Shown: piece by piece, positions 45,130 through 45,931 of the stretch | Layout: every line of letters begins with the position of its first letter | Position numbering within the stretch: the stretch's first letter is position 1 | NCBI GenBank assembly: GCA_046716325.1 | Contig: JBKJXI010000009.1 | Location: forward strand, 1-45,931 | Length of the DNA: 45,931 bases | Reading direction: 5' to 3' | From: Ilumatobacteraceae bacterium | GTDB lineage: Bacteria > Actinomycetota > Acidimicrobiia > Acidimicrobiales > Ilumatobacteraceae | Program-made: the position numbers and the translations under genes | Notes under the pieces: model-generated | Databases searched by the model: none | What the model saw: the letters and a program-made list of their open reading frames with translations, nothing else | Told to the model about the DNA's origin: nothing

Positions 45130-45931
45130 ATGATCTCCGCCGATCAAAGGCCGCCGTCGGTGGACGCTATCGCCCGCCAACTTGCTGTTCAGTTTGAACT
45201 ACCACACGCCGTGCTAGTTGACTGCGCTCGGACTGCAATTGTTGGCGGCGATGCCGCTCGGGCATCCCAATTGGCCGAAGAGTTTCGGCGACAACTGCTC
45301 ACCGATGTCATCAACGCCACGGGCGTCTTACTGCACACCAATTTGGGGCGAGCGCCGCTCGCCTATCGGCACTCGAGTCGCCCAAACTCGTTGGAGTTTG
45401 ATTTGTTCACCGGTGATCGTGGCTCTCGACAACGAGGAATCGGCAAGCTCCTTGCATTGCTCTGCGGCGCCGAAGACGCATTCGTCGTCAACAACAACGC
45501 GGCAGCAATCCTGCTGGTGGTCAGCGCATTAGCCAACCGACGCGATGTTGCCGTCGCCCGCGGCGAAAGCGTCGAAATCGGCGGCGGTTTCAGAATTCCC
45601 GAAGTACTCGAACAAAGTGGCTCCCGACTGGTCGATGTGGGGACGACCAATCGAACGCGACTCCGTGACTATCGAAAGGCGATTGACTCCTCTAAAAACG
45701 ACATCGCTCTTGTGCTCAAGGTTCATCCGTCGAACTATCACATGCAGGGATTCGTAGAAGACACAGTGATCTGCGCACTCGCGACTCTCGGCGGTCCCGT
45801 CAGTGCAGCTATTGGATCTGGACTTGTCGACAATTCCTGTCCATGGATATCGGGACCCCCACCCGCATGGCTCGCGCATGAACCGGCGGCAAAACAGTCA
45901 CTTGCAAGTGGCGCCTCGCTGGTCACATTTA
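45130..45931 (+). CDS. selA: L-seryl-tRNA(Sec) selenium transferase, N-terminal 267 codons (3' end runs off the window)
   Basis: Absent from the ORF track because there is no stop in the window. Frame 1 from ATG 45130 (or GTG 45115) reads ...PSVDAI...VINATGVLLHTNLGRAPL...AFVVNNNAAAILL...RGESVEIGGGFRIPEVLEQSGSRLVDVGTTNRTR...LKVHPSNY...ASLVTF, open to the window end. Confidence 0.85.
   Translation, partial: MISADQRPPSVDAIARQLAVQFELPHAVLVDCARTAIVGGDAARASQLAEEFRRQLLTDVINATGVLLHTNLGRAPLAYRHSSRPNSLEFDLFTGDRGSRQRGIGKLLALLCGAEDAFVVNNNAAAILLVVSALANRRDVAVARGESVEIGGGFRIPEVLEQSGSRLVDVGTTNRTRLRDYRKAIDSSKNDIALVLKVHPSNYHMQGFVEDTVICALATLGGPVSAAIGSGLVDNSCPWISGPPPAWLAHEPAAKQSLASGASLVTF

Noticed and set aside
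1-45931. A search for CRISPR arrays, mobile elements, tRNA/rRNA genes and defence-system genes.
   Set aside because: I saw no arrays of regularly spaced repeats, no transposase, integrase or phage-like ORFs, and no tRNA-like T-loop/acceptor patterns in the few intergenic spacers. Gene content is uniformly housekeeping. This was an inspection by eye, not a computational scan.

Overview
This 45.9-kb window is core chromosome, probably from an actinobacterium. That call rests on mshA, an orphan GlnR-type regulator, rex-hemACDB synteny and an RsiG-like protein. I recognised no rRNA, tRNA, CRISPR array, transposase, integrase or phage gene. Bases 1-15967 (minus strand) are one almost spacer-free train of 19 respiratory genes: a 3-TM protein, a 2x[4Fe-4S] ferredoxin, a split b6-type cytochrome b plus a subunit-IV-like protein, a Rieske protein, a dihaem cytochrome c and an unknown membrane protein, running directly into nuoA-nuoL. 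nuoL is truncated by the window edge and is absent from the ORF track. A divergent control region at 15968-16247 carries repeats. It is followed by a membrane-anchored monohaem cytochrome c, a MenJ-like geranylgeranyl reductase and DoxX. Next on the minus strand is rex-hemA-hemC-hemD-hemB-hemL plus an orphan exported protein; hemC carries an in-frame TAG. The middle of the window holds an acyl-CoA ligase, a DUF62-type SAM hydrolase, proC, a YbjN-like gene, mshA, an XRE regulator, an RsiG-like (c-di-GMP anti-sigma) gene and a MoaD-like gene. After these come a histidine phosphatase, an MFS transporter and nadE. A nitrogen block follows (glnII, GSI-alpha glnA, glnR) with phased GlnR-box-like pentamers upstream. 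The right end has an amidohydrolase, RidA, a Tat-signal protein, an A-type Fe-S carrier, Mrp/ApbC, a NUDIX gene and the 5' part of selA, which is also missing from the ORF track. The most unusual items are the ferredoxin-containing b6c-type cluster fused to complex I, and an N-terminal peptide (MTEIPEHLLKRA) shared by two of its redox proteins. All calls come from reading translations and motifs by eye; no database search was possible.
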